Source: a virus | DNA length: 64,000 nt | Strand: one strand, 5' to 3' | Virus record (IMG/VR): IMGVR_UViG_3300036770_005816 | Location: 1 to 64,000 of that record | In this document: positions 18,358 to 26,687 of the stretch, one piece after another | Layout: every line of letters starts with the position of its first letter | How positions within the stretch are numbered: position 1 is the stretch's first letter | Program-made: the position numbers and the translations under genes | Notes under the pieces: generated by a model | What the model saw: only the letters and a program-made list of their open reading frames with translations | What the model was told of the DNA's origin: nothing | The model's database searches: none

Positions 18358-19490
18358 TAGTAATCGTTTCCTTCCTCTAATGCTTTCATTCTCATTGTGT
18401 GCGCCCGAGTTTTCGGACCGACAGGTGTTGGCGTTGATTGATGAAACTCGTTCAACAAAAGTGTACGAATCAAATACTCGAACGGAAACCCGAACGGGTC
18501 TACGGCACGCTTTTTTCTGAACAAAGCAGCGAACTTCATAGCCTCTTTGTGGATACCGTCGGAAAGCATGTTGTCATCAATGCACATCTTCACGCCGTCC
18601 CATCCTTGAGATGCATAATAAGAAATGAGTCCTTCTATATCGAAGAATTGCCAGTATCTTCTCTGCGCATCTATCTGCGGGAAACACCTGACAAGTTCAT
18701 CGAAGAAATCAGGTTCCGTGGCAACAACATCACCAATTCTTCGCGATGCGACAGAGTGGAGTGGGATGCCGACACGCGAGTTACTCCTCGTTAAATGTGC
18801 ATAGTCGTAGTAGGCGCAGTATTCTGCCCCATGCTCATCGACGATGAATTTCATGACATCTTCTGTTCGCCAGTCGTAGATTATTTTTGCGAATTTAAGC
18901 GGAATGGATTTAGGCAAAAGAAATGGGGAAACGATGTAGTTCTCATGCAACTTTTGAACGCATGACCTATATCTGACCATTGATTCGTTCGCTCTAACGC
19001 CTGTGATGAAGGCAACCCTGCCTGTTTTGCCTTGCATCGTGTAATAGTCAACGATTTTGGGGGTTGGCTTGTTCGGGTCTAACCCGAAATGTTCGGCACG
19101 AATAGCCCAAGGGGGCATATCTCTGACTAGTCGACCTTCTTGCTTTCTTTGCTCTGACCACAACATCAAGTATTCACGCCTACCCAAAACCCAAACCTCC
19201 TGTGAAGATGGGAGGCAGTACCACTCCATATCAACCCACGTGTAGTTTTTTACCTTGGTGACAAAATCGATAACCGACGGACTAACCATCTCTTCGTCAC
19301 GAAAAATGACTTTTACAGGTCCTAGCCCGCGTTCTTCATGGATTTCCTTCGCAAGATAAAGAATCGCTGTTGAGTCCTTACCTCCGCTGAACTGCAGGCA
19401 TACCGTATCGAAAGTGTCGTACACATGACGGATTCGTTGACGCGCTGCATCAACGCATGAAATATCCAGAAACATTCGTTGGCGAGGCAC
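18357..19490 (-). CDS. PAPS-reductase-family PP-loop protein (IbrA-like)
   Basis: FSGGKDS PP-loop, VIFRDEE, ITGVRANESMVR and IYDWRTEDV. Confidence 0.85.
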   Translation of the reverse strand: MPRQRMFLDISCVDAARQRIRHVYDTFDTVCLQFSGGKDSTAILYLAKEIHEERGLGPVKVIFRDEEMVSPSVIDFVTKVKNYTWVDMEWYCLPSSQEVWVLGRREYLMLWSEQRKQEGRLVRDMPPWAIRAEHFGLDPNKPTPKIVDYYTMQGKTGRVAFITGVRANESMVRYRSCVQKLHENYIVSPFLLPKSIPLKFAKIIYDWRTEDVMKFIVDEHGAEYCAYYDYAHLTRSNSRVGIPLHSVASRRIGDVVATEPDFFDELVRCFPQIDAQRRYWQFFDIEGLISYYASQGWDGVKMCIDDNMLSDGIHKEAMKFAALFRKKRAVDPFGFPFEYLIRTLLLNEFHQSTPTPVGPKTRAHTMRMKALEEGNDY

Positions 19491-19515
19491 TTGGTGATAC
19501 TACACCAATCGGCGA

Positions 19516-19929
19516 CTACTTTGTCGTCGTGTAAATCTCTATGAAATGTTTTCTGTCGTCATTCGTGTGCAAATTCAAACCAACCTGCTGAATCGTTTTT
19601 TGCAGTTTGGGGTGAGGGGGCTGATATTGGGTCGTACCCGAATTGACCGCATCGCGTATCTGCGTGTAGTGACTCCAAGCCTGATGAGGTGTCGGCTCCT
19701 TGCTGGTGAATTGCCTGTGTTCGGTCACGAGCATCCCCGGTGTCGGCAAGAACTGTTCCCGCTCGGCGAGTCTCTTCGCAGCAGCGATAATGTCGTCGTC
19801 GCTGTACTCCGAGAGGATGATATTCCAAGCGCGAAATGTGGACTTGCGAGACTCTATCCCGACAGGAAGTTCCTTATTCCACATGGCATAAACAACCTCT
19901 ACCACTTCGGCTAATTGCTTTTTGTCCAC
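19516..19929 (-). CDS. Replicative helicase loader/inhibitor-like protein
   Basis: AWNIILSEYS...EQFLPTPG...PHQAW pattern similar to G39P-like proteins. Confidence 0.55.
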   Translation of the reverse strand: MDKKQLAEVVEVVYAMWNKELPVGIESRKSTFRAWNIILSEYSDDDIIAAAKRLAEREQFLPTPGMLVTEHRQFTSKEPTPHQAWSHYTQIRDAVNSGTTQYQPPHPKLQKTIQQVGLNLHTNDDRKHFIEIYTTTK

Positions 19930-20540
19930 TAGTTACCGCCAGAAATGTATTCGTCGTCCTTGTCAATGTCGTGACATGCTTCGTCGAATTCCCATCTTCC
20001 GTCAAGGGAAGCCCACAATGCTTCATCTAGTCGCGTCGGCTCAAACTCGTACTCGCGCATGAGTTCGCGATGTCGTTCAATCGCGCGACGGTAAAAGTCA
20101 ACTATCGTCCCATTCGGGGAAGCCTCACCATCGGCGATGAGAGCCATCTTTGAAACCTCATCAAACCGCTTTTCGACATGGAAACGGAATGAAATAACCT
20201 TGCGTTTCTTTGCCTCAAGATTTGATGTCACTTCTTCTATGTGAAGTAGACCTTCGCGCCCAAGATTCGAGTACCTGTCAACGCATTCATTGATTTGGTC
20301 GTCGAACCGCTCAACCTGTCGGGTCAGATTAAGCAACAGCGACGAAAGCGCGTCACGCCAACGACCGAGATTGTCTTCGCGACGCAGAAAAGCGGCACCA
20401 TCCTGGCTTGCTCGTTTCTTGACATCCAAAGCAACAAGTTGCGCAAAATCTTCGTCGTTCATGTTTTCCCTGACAATAACATCACGATTGTTCTTTTCCT
20501 TGAAGTATCCGTCATGGTATTTCGTATCTTCTCTATACAC
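19929..20540 (-). CDS. Hypothetical coiled-coil protein
   Basis: 203 aa; AGGAG RBS; coupled to the downstream gene. Confidence 0.65.
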   Translation of the reverse strand: MYREDTKYHDGYFKEKNNRDVIVRENMNDEDFAQLVALDVKKRASQDGAAFLRREDNLGRWRDALSSLLLNLTRQVERFDDQINECVDRYSNLGREGLLHIEEVTSNLEAKKRKVISFRFHVEKRFDEVSKMALIADGEASPNGTIVDFYRRAIERHRELMREYEFEPTRLDEALWASLDGRWEFDEACHDIDKDDEYISGGN

Positions 20541-20564
20541 ATTAACTCCTATTTTGTTGTGTGT

Positions 20565-21323
20565 TTATCGCGCCCAAGCAGGGCAAATAGTTTTAAAGTG
20601 ACACCAACCGCAAAGATTGCTAGTGCGGTACTCGAATTCCTCCGATTCGCACCGTTCGTCAATCATTTTGCGTGTTTTCACTATGTGCTCTTTTACCTTG
20701 CTTATGCGTTCCTCCGTAGGGGAGAATGTCAACTTAACCCCTTCTTTCAGATAAATCAAATTGAGCGAACCAATATTTTTGTTACTTGCGTCACCAGCCA
20801 AGATTCCGTAAATGACAAGTTGGTCGAATTTGTCGTCTCGCCACTCTTTGCGAGGAACTTTGCCAGTCTTGTAGTCGCTGACCTGAATCAAATCCTCTTC
20901 ATCAACAACCCAACGGTCGATAATGCCCTTGACGCGCACCCCGTCGACATCTCCAACAAATTCTGTTTCCACTCCGTTGAGAACAACAAGTTCAGGGTTT
21001 TCTACCTTCCACAGATTTTCCACACAAAACCATGCCCGCCAACGAAAATCCCTTGCCCCCTGCTCCGTTTTGGTTAAGTGTTCCGCAGGGTCTTTGTATT
21101 GGTTCCAAACATTCGAGGCGATAAACCGAGCATTCTGAATAGTTCTCTCGGATGGTTCCAACTTGTAGAAGACCTCAAGAATCTCATGCACGAAATTCCC
21201 GAGCAAGGTTTCCTGCGTCGGCGGTTCCTTGAGATTGTCTATCCGCGAATACTTGTATTTGAGCGGACACTGATGAAATGTGGCGATTGAACTCGCGGAA
21301 AGATAATCGGGTGCTACAAGCAA
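20565..21323 (-). CDS. PD-(D/E)XK exonuclease (RecB/Cas4-like)
   Basis: LSASSI...CP, LGNFVHEILE, GIIDR, DYKTGK, QLVIY and C-terminal CGWCHFKTICP. Confidence 0.9.
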   Translation of the reverse strand: MLVAPDYLSASSIATFHQCPLKYKYSRIDNLKEPPTQETLLGNFVHEILEVFYKLEPSERTIQNARFIASNVWNQYKDPAEHLTKTEQGARDFRWRAWFCVENLWKVENPELVVLNGVETEFVGDVDGVRVKGIIDRWVVDEEDLIQVSDYKTGKVPRKEWRDDKFDQLVIYGILAGDASNKNIGSLNLIYLKEGVKLTFSPTEERISKVKEHIVKTRKMIDERCESEEFEYRTSNLCGWCHFKTICPAWAR

Positions 21324-21329
21324 GATGAA

Positions 21330-22034
21330 TCAGTTCGTGAATGTTCCGCCGAAACTGAGACGCACAACTTCCGCACGAATCAGGTTCAACTCTTCGTCAT
21401 TCATCTTCGACAAGGGCTTCTGCACACCGTTGCTGTGTTCAGCCCAATACGCTTTCACAGCCTTTTTACCGTCGTCGCTCAAGGAATCAAAAAGCGACTT
21501 GACCTCATCGTAGAGACTGTTGACAACGGTCTGTTGTGTCGGTGCCACCTGCTTGCTGATGTCAATCATTTCTTCAACTTCCATCGCGTCTTCGCTACGA
21601 GCAAGATACAAGCCCACTCCCAATGCCTGCGCCGCTTTCTTGAGCGCATCAGAAATAGCACCCTTGAACTCATCGCCAAGGTCAAGAATTTGACCCTGCT
21701 TCGTGCGCTTAATTTTTTGACCGCCGATACCGTCGCGGATAACCGAACTGAACTCGGTGATGTTGTACTCAAGGCGGACATGGGCGATGACAAAATCGGG
21801 GTCGTGTTGGTCGCGTTCGCACTTGACAACAGTCATCGACCAATTGTCAACACCTAGCACCTTGTTGAGTCGGTTGATTACTTCGCTTACTGGAATGTAG
21901 GTGAGGTTGACACCACCTTTGTTGATTTTCCGTTCCATCTCCTGTGCGAATGGTTCGGAAAGGTCTTTGTAGATGTCTACCTTTGGTGTTTGTTCGGTCA
22001 CTGTGTGTTCTCCTGTTTCGTTGATTACTGACAT
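21330..22034 (-). CDS. Rad52/Sak-like single-strand annealing protein
   Basis: LTYIPVSEVINRLNKVLGVDNWS...KGAISDALKKAAQALGVGLYL; GGAGG RBS before 22034. Confidence 0.88.
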   Translation of the reverse strand: MSVINETGEHTVTEQTPKVDIYKDLSEPFAQEMERKINKGGVNLTYIPVSEVINRLNKVLGVDNWSMTVVKCERDQHDPDFVIAHVRLEYNITEFSSVIRDGIGGQKIKRTKQGQILDLGDEFKGAISDALKKAAQALGVGLYLARSEDAMEVEEMIDISKQVAPTQQTVVNSLYDEVKSLFDSLSDDGKKAVKAYWAEHSNGVQKPLSKMNDEELNLIRAEVVRLSFGGTFTN

Positions 22035-22035
22035 C

Positions 22036-22554
22036 TTACGCCTCCTTGTGGACGATGAGATTTGTTTTGGCTTCGCCGATTTCACAGTATTGGTCGGCGT
22101 TTATGCCGATTTTTGAAAGTTCCTTGACGCGCCAATACGAAGGCTGTACATAGTCGAGCAATTTCAACGCGATTTGCTCGGATGTCATAACAACCTCGCC
22201 CGTGTCCATGTCGACGGACATTTGGTTCAATCTGCGCAAAACCTCACGAGTCAGGTTTTCGTGTTGCCAAGTTTTCCTGTCCGCACCCGTTTTCTTCTCA
22301 ATGGATTGACCGTTGGAAGCAGAGAACGGGATATCGGGAAGAGAGTCGATGACCATTCCCGAATAGTCCGAATACATCACACCAATTTCAGCCTTGATGG
22401 TGTGCATCAAAACGAGTGCATCAATGCGGTCTTGTGTGCTCTCGCTTTCGGCAATGTTTTTGAGCGTCGCCTGAACTTCAATCAGTTGCTTGCGCAACGC
22501 CATGAGAGAGCCGAGGGTAGGCGAGTCTGCCCACTTTTCGTTTTGGTTTGACAT
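22036..22554 (-). CDS. Hypothetical protein
   Basis: 172 aa in the recombination operon; AGGA RBS. Confidence 0.65.
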   Translation of the reverse strand: MSNQNEKWADSPTLGSLMALRKQLIEVQATLKNIAESESTQDRIDALVLMHTIKAEIGVMYSDYSGMVIDSLPDIPFSASNGQSIEKKTGADRKTWQHENLTREVLRRLNQMSVDMDTGEVVMTSEQIALKLLDYVQPSYWRVKELSKIGINADQYCEIGEAKTNLIVHKEA

Positions 22555-22570
22555 GAGTGTTTCCTGTGTC

Positions 22571-22831
22571 TTAGATGCGCGGGATATTGGTGCGCAACAC
22601 TACCGAAAGACGGGTCATCGTGTCAAGCGACGGAGAGAAATGTCCGTTCTCGATGCGGTTGATGGTCTTGCGGTCTACGCCTGCATATTCGGCAAGAGCC
22701 TCTTGGCTCAACTTCGCCTTAACACGGCTGTTTTTCACCCAAGAAGAAAACACTTCGCGACTGTTGTCGGAAGCCTTCCGTAGTTCGGTCTTTGTGGGAC
22801 GCTTGAGGGTCTTTGTTGCTGTTGTTGTCAT
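22571..22831 (-). CDS. XRE-family HTH regulator
   Basis: LSQEALAEYAGVDRKTINRIENGHFSPSLDT; GGAGG RBS before ATG 22831. Confidence 0.85.
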   Translation of the reverse strand: MTTTATKTLKRPTKTELRKASDNSREVFSSWVKNSRVKAKLSQEALAEYAGVDRKTINRIENGHFSPSLDTMTRLSVVLRTNIPRI

Positions 22832-22847
22832 AGTGGTATAACCTCCA

Positions 22848-24152
22848 CTAGACGATGATAGTGACAGGTTTCCTCTGTGGCAACCCCAAACCCGTAAGAA
22901 ACACGAATGCCCCAACCGCAGAGTCGACTTGGTCATCATGGTTGCAAGCCTCGGGGAAAGAAGAAAACTCATCAAGCCAATCGGTGAGCCAAGCACCGCG
23001 TACAAGGCGCACATTGCCGTTGGCTACCGCAGCAGCGAACGGTCTCGCTCTTGTGACTTTGTCCCCCGTGGGTCGTTCGCCCATAAGGTCGTAGCCGGGG
23101 ACGACATAGCGCGCGTATTGGTCAATGAGTGCCTTGCCTGACGAACCCGGTTCCTGTTCCATGCGGATGGCTACATTTGCCCCGTCTTCTCTGGCTGTCT
23201 GAGCCACAAAAGCCTCCACCTTTTCCCCTTTTGCCCGTATTTTGCGGACATCAATCACATAGGCAATTCCCGCCTCGAACATCATTAATGTTCCTACCGT
23301 CCAGTCGGGGTCGGGGTTCCCTGGGTGGGGTTCGGTGGCAGCCAAGTCCCAATATCTGACGAAACGACTAGAACTTGATGGATTTGGGAGTTCTGTGTAG
23401 TCAATAATAGGAAAATTGGTTCTATCAAACATGGTTCCTAGCGTTGTAGCCCACCAATCGCCACTTTCCAGCCGTCGGCGCTCAATAGGGTCTAGGGACG
23501 CAAGCGCTTGACGATAGGAATCCGCGTCGATTCCGGGGTTATCCGTCAGGAACGAAGGCACAAAAATACGGTTTTCTTCCTTGCCCTCGACAATGAACCT
23601 CTGCCTAACCCAATTGGGTGCGGGGTTGGAAGCCGCCCTCATTCTTAAAGGAACCTCAGAAAGCGGACCAGAAGCGGGTCGACGCAAACGGGAAAACAGA
23701 TAGCGGTAATCCGACTCCCTGATTTCGGTCACTTCGTCCATGCCAATGAACTGAAACTCCGAACCTTTGTATCGAAGGTAGTCGTTCGTATTATTTAGAT
23801 AGCCGAACGAGATTCTCGCACCAGACGGGAAAGTCGCCACATAACTGTTGGCGTTCCAATGAACATCGTCATAGTTGGAAATCCAAGTACGGAAGCGGTC
23901 CATAAGCGCTCCCGGCAAAGATAGGTCGGCATAGGTTTTTCTGAAAAGAATCGCCGAATAGTTAGGAACATCCACATACTGCAAAGCGGACATCAAAAGA
24001 GCCGAAGATTTACCTCCACCCGCAGCCCCACCGAACAGAGCCTCCAAAGCGTATGTTCGCAGAAAAACAAGTTGGGTAACGGAAGGCTGCTCAGGGCAAA
24101 ACAAAGGCTCCTTCGGCATCAGGTAATCGTAAATAGATTTCCAGTCAGGCAT
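22848..24152 (-). CDS. terL: Terminase large subunit
   Basis: Walker A GGAAGGGKS, Walker B FIGMDE, ASNP, YWDLAA and HDDQVDS nuclease motifs. Confidence 0.93.
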   Translation of the reverse strand: MPDWKSIYDYLMPKEPLFCPEQPSVTQLVFLRTYALEALFGGAAGGGKSSALLMSALQYVDVPNYSAILFRKTYADLSLPGALMDRFRTWISNYDDVHWNANSYVATFPSGARISFGYLNNTNDYLRYKGSEFQFIGMDEVTEIRESDYRYLFSRLRRPASGPLSEVPLRMRAASNPAPNWVRQRFIVEGKEENRIFVPSFLTDNPGIDADSYRQALASLDPIERRRLESGDWWATTLGTMFDRTNFPIIDYTELPNPSSSSRFVRYWDLAATEPHPGNPDPDWTVGTLMMFEAGIAYVIDVRKIRAKGEKVEAFVAQTAREDGANVAIRMEQEPGSSGKALIDQYARYVVPGYDLMGERPTGDKVTRARPFAAAVANGNVRLVRGAWLTDWLDEFSSFPEACNHDDQVDSAVGAFVFLTGLGLPQRKPVTIIV

Positions 24153-24230
24153 GGTTTTCCATAATCTGTTTAAGAAGCACCTGTACTGTACTATGGAAGC
24201 ACATACGTTTTTGCTAAGGTGACGGGCGGA

Positions 24231-24407
24231 ATGGACAAAATCAACTATTTTCGCAAACTCACCACTCGTACATCCGCGGCAAACACTCTGATGGTTTTAT
24301 TCATAGTAGGAACAACGATTGGTGCGGGAATGATAATGCTTCCGGCGGGATTCATAGTCGGTGGGGTCACCTGCGGCGTTTACGGGTTCCTGTTGGGGTC
24401 TGAATAA
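24231..24407 (+). CDS. Small membrane protein preceding the portal
   Basis: Two hydrophobic helices; TAATG overlap with the portal start. Confidence 0.65.
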   Translation: MDKINYFRKLTTRTSAANTLMVLFIVGTTIGAGMIMLPAGFIVGGVTCGVYGFLLGSE

Positions 24408-26611
24408 TGGCTTGGAACAACACGAATAATAAAAATCTTGCGAACTCGCAAGAAGAAAAAGTGCTGAACCCTGGCGCGCCCGTCGTCTACGACATGGGCA
24501 AAGTCGGACGCCCATACCGAGACGGTTGGGATATTGAACGCGCATACCGAGAAGGACACCAAAAAGTTACTTGGGTGTTCCGATGCATTGATGCGATTGC
24601 CGGCAACCAATCACGCCTGCCCATCATGTTGCGAAAAAACAATGACCAAAGAGGCGAGCGGGTAAAAGCAGACAGACCAATCATGGAATTGCTCAACAGC
24701 AAATCCAACATGGGGGAAAACTCGTTCATTTTCCGCTACAGACTTTCGGCTCAACTACTGATGAGCAGCCGCGGAGTCTTCATCGAAAAGATTCGAGGCA
24801 ACGACGGACGCTTGATTGCCCTGCATCTTCTCCCTCCGCAACACACCGCACCAATACCCGATGCAAGAAAGTTTGTTTCGGGATTCGAAGTTGACATGCA
24901 CAACGGAACAAAAGTTCGCCTCAAGCCAGAAGATGTGTGCTGGATTCGCAGACCACACCCATTAGACCCGTATCTCTCAATCACACCAATGGAAGCAGCG
25001 GGAATCGCAATTGAGTTGGAAAACCTTTCCAAGATGTACAACCGCAACTACATGCTCAACGATGGAAGACCTGGCGGTTTGCTTGTCGTCCGAGGGGACA
25101 TGGAGGAAGACGACAAGGCGGAGTTGCGCTCTAGATTCCGTGGAAACATCACAAAGACGGGGGCGACAACCGTTATCGCATCTAGCGATGGCGTTGATTA
25201 TGTCGACACGTCAGCGTCACCGCGTGATGCCGCATATACGCAAATGCGCCAAATACAGAAAGAAGAAATCCTTTCGGCATTCGGCGTTCCAGAGTCAGTC
25301 ATAGGAAATGCCGCGGGCAGAACATTTAGCAACGCATCAGAAGAGTTAAGAGTTTTCTGGATGGAAACAATGGTTCCCCATCTGCACACTCTTGCTCGCG
25401 CCCTCGACGAACTCGACGACAAATATTATGTCGACTTTGACACTTCAGATATCCCCATTTTGATTCTCGCCAAACAAGAACGCGAGCGATACCACATGGA
25501 CGAGTTCCAACAGGGTTTGATTTCGCTCAACGAATACCGAGATGCGACAGGCAAGAAAAAAGTTGAGTCAGAACTCGCTGACTCACTGTTGTCCAACCCG
25601 AACCTCACCCCGATTGCCAACACGGAAAAGCCGTTCAAGCCAGAACAGCAACAACCAGTTGACATGGTCGGAGCAGAGCAGGGAGCACCCGCAGGGGGAA
25701 TGCCTCCCATGGAAGGCGCGCCCGCGATGCCACAGCCAGCGCCCCCCGCACCCATACCGGCACCTGAACCAGCGGGCGGAGAAGTTTCACCAGAAAACAC
25801 TGCGATGGCGCCAGCAGAACAACTCAGCGAATTTGAATCTTTACAGAACGATATTCACAGCAAGTTCATTGAGCAGTTGGAAAGCAAGGCTGATGCCGAC
25901 ACTGACAGATGGACAGAAATTTTGGACAGAAGCCTTGAACGCTTGTTCGAAAGACAACAGCGTGTTGTCATGGAGAAGGCAAACGGCAAAAAAGCGTTGA
26001 AAGCAATTCAAAATGGGACGCTCACTGCCGAGATGATTTTCGACAAAGATGTTTGGGATAAGCAAATGAACGACGACATCAAGCCAGTGATTGTCGCAAT
26101 TTGCAACGAGGCGAAGGAATATGTTTCTACGCGCTCCAATATGCCTGCGGAACTAGACGAAGAAGAACTCGAGAAGATGGCGCAGGAACAGATTGCGCGA
26201 ATGCAACAGGCGAATCAGTCAACATTCGAGGAAATTGTTTCTGCCGTTCTTGTTGCTCTTGCTGGTGGGGACGACGACGATAAGTCCGCTCTCCTGAGGC
26301 TTGCCCTTGTCGCCATTTTCATTAATCTGCTCCGTAAGCGCAAGCGTGCAATGGCTGAGCATGAGGCTCAGACTGCCTATAATGCTGGTGTTTTCCTTTC
26401 AGGTAAAGACGCTGGCGGTCTCTCCAAGACATGGTTGACACGCAAAGACCCCAATGTTCGTGCCACCCATCAGTTCTTGGAAGGTAAGACCGTCGACTTT
26501 GGTGAGGGTTTTGTTGTGAACAACATGATTCTGAGGTTCCCCGGCGACCCGCTCGCCCCACCGTCGCTCACCTACAACTGTCGATGCCGCCTCAGACTGA
26601 GGTTCGATTAG
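24407..26611 (+). CDS. HK97-family portal protein fused to a MuF-like head morphogenesis domain
   Basis: VFRCIDAIAGNQSRLP, NDGRPGGLL and EILSAFGVP portal motifs; C-terminal KTWLT...VRATH...LRFPGDP...NCRC MuF signature. Confidence 0.9.
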   Translation: MAWNNTNNKNLANSQEEKVLNPGAPVVYDMGKVGRPYRDGWDIERAYREGHQKVTWVFRCIDAIAGNQSRLPIMLRKNNDQRGERVKADRPIMELLNSKSNMGENSFIFRYRLSAQLLMSSRGVFIEKIRGNDGRLIALHLLPPQHTAPIPDARKFVSGFEVDMHNGTKVRLKPEDVCWIRRPHPLDPYLSITPMEAAGIAIELENLSKMYNRNYMLNDGRPGGLLVVRGDMEEDDKAELRSRFRGNITKTGATTVIASSDGVDYVDTSASPRDAAYTQMRQIQKEEILSAFGVPESVIGNAAGRTFSNASEELRVFWMETMVPHLHTLARALDELDDKYYVDFDTSDIPILILAKQERERYHMDEFQQGLISLNEYRDATGKKKVESELADSLLSNPNLTPIANTEKPFKPEQQQPVDMVGAEQGAPAGGMPPMEGAPAMPQPAPPAPIPAPEPAGGEVSPENTAMAPAEQLSEFESLQNDIHSKFIEQLESKADADTDRWTEILDRSLERLFERQQRVVMEKANGKKALKAIQNGTLTAEMIFDKDVWDKQMNDDIKPVIVAICNEAKEYVSTRSNMPAELDEEELEKMAQEQIARMQQANQSTFEEIVSAVLVALAGGDDDDKSALLRLALVAIFINLLRKRKRAMAEHEAQTAYNAGVFLSGKDAGGLSKTWLTRKDPNVRATHQFLEGKTVDFGEGFVVNNMILRFPGDPLAPPSLTYNCRCRLRLRFD

Positions 26612-26642
26612 TTTCAGTAAACTGTGTGGCACTTTACTGAAA
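26612..26642. repeat. 10-bp inverted repeat TTTCAGTAAA-N11-TTTACTGAAA
   Basis: Perfect IR between the portal stop and the protease promoter motif. Confidence 0.6.
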
Positions 26643-26644
26643 GT

Positions 26645-26677
26645 GTTGCATTTTTGAACAGTCAAATAGTTTATTGT
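26645..26677 (+). promoter_or_regulatory. Candidate late promoter GTTGCATT-N19-TATTGT
   Basis: Shared motif, upstream of the prohead protease. Confidence 0.5.
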
Positions 26678-26687
26678 GGTAGTACCT

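Noticed and set aside
20295-21077. 260-aa plus-strand ORF
   Set aside because: Antisense to the clear PD-(D/E)XK nuclease gene and its neighbour.
20565-21323. Cas4-like nuclease as evidence of a CRISPR-Cas system
   Set aside because: No array or other cas genes seen; sits beside a Rad52-like gene as a recombination exonuclease.
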